64,000 nucleotides of DNA, from positions 34,534,001 to 34,598,000 of the forward strand of contig OZ024746.1 in the NCBI GenBank assembly GCA_964016885.1. The letters are read 5' to 3'. A model generated the notes under the pieces. It did no database searches. It worked only from the letters and a program-made list of their open reading frames with translations, and was not told the DNA's origin. The position numbers were made by a program, and so were the translations under genes. Below, in pieces: positions 63,127 through 64,000 of this stretch (the first letter of the stretch is position 1; the number at the start of each line of letters is the position of its first letter). Origin of the DNA: Eledone cirrhosa. Its lineage: Eukaryota.

Positions 63127-63131
<5 letters not shown>
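62590..63131 (-). repeat. Retrozyme-like monomer of the 55-kb/466-bp family with a short 5' inversion
   Basis: Collinear with about 55190-55555. HHR and octamer (62994-63001) are on the - strand. Confidence 0.82.
62877..62919 (-). ncRNA. Minimal type I HHR
   Basis: Stem I ACGGTG/CATCGT, CTGATGA, tAGCT-atca-AGCTt, GAAA, palindromic ACTAGT, GTA. Confidence 0.87.
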
Positions 63132-63187
<56 letters not shown>

Positions 63188-63198
63188 TTAGAAATTAG

Positions 63199-63384
63199 AA
63201 GCTTTCACCGTATTTTAGACTAAAGAAATTTCTAGCCTGATAGTGGGGTTTATAACCCTCGGAGAAATGGAAAAACATGAGTGTTGCCGTACATGGCAAC
63301 ACTCATCTTTTTCCATTTCTCCGAGGGTTATAAACCCCACTATCAGGCTAGAAATTTCTTTAGTCTAAAATACGGTGAAAGCTT
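63199..63384. repeat. Near-perfect hairpin, 90-bp arms, 6-nt loop
   Basis: 63199-63288 is the reverse complement of 63295-63384 with about one mismatch; adjacent to (TA)n. Confidence 0.93.
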
Positions 63385-63475
63385 ATATATTTCTTATTTC
63401 TAATTTTGAAACTCGCGCACCGTTTCAAAAACATACTTACATGTTTACATTTATAATTTGCTTGTTTATATATAT

Positions 63476-63614
63476 AACAAAGGAATTATGGTAAGGAACA
63501 AGATGGACCATAACGCAACAGAGTACTCAATACTTAGGGTAGTAGAGTGGGAAATAGGAACAAGTATGACCCCGACGGCAGAGCTCAAACCGTTTCGACG
63601 GCTATTTCTGGACT
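63476..63614 (-). mobile_element. PLE1-family pLTR 3' fragment
   Basis: Matches the reverse complement of 10021-10158. Confidence 0.85.
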
Positions 63615-64000
63615 CCTTCAACCAATTTCAAAACCATGGCAAGTAGACGTGGTGATAATGTGTGGTAAAAAATAGCTACTCTTAACACATGTTCTTAAAT
63701 TATCGTGATCTATCAACTCATGTGGAAAGATGCATTTGGAAAAAAACCATCAAACCTAGGTTTGTCTCTACATTTGTGTCTCCATATGGGTATCAATATA
63801 GACCACCTAATGGGCCATCTGATACTGTTGCGTCATGGATTGTGTCATGTTATCATGACATAACGATTTCACCAAAGATATACGAATTACGGCCAACTCC
63901 ACGATCAAACAAGCTGCGAACTCTAATGTAAAGTTAATGTATGTGTGTGTATACATATATATATATTGTGCAGTAAGAAGCACATACACACACACCCACA

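Overview
AT-rich, repeat-saturated eukaryotic (animal) DNA. The SINEs and the (TA)n/(CA)n density suggest an octopus-like cephalopod, but that is an inference. The window holds three large Penelope-like elements (PLEs: RT plus C-terminal GIY-YIG) with inverted 5' duplications, and several PLE relics. It also holds three L1/Tx1-like LINEs (one with intact ORF2), an R4/Dong 3' end, a Chapaev3-like DNA transposon relic, tRNA-derived SINEs, a 200-N gap and possibly a few small host exons. The main signal outside the ORF track is about 20 type I hammerhead ribozyme (HHR) motifs, read by eye. Some lie in non-coding 320-470 bp tandem units (retrozyme-like). These units also carry an ATGCAAAT octamer inside an inverted repeat about 70-95 nt upstream of the catalytic core. 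Others lie in PLE terminal repeats, and two of those families use a compensatory U3:A8 core. All structures were paired manually; no folding, alignment or database search was run.
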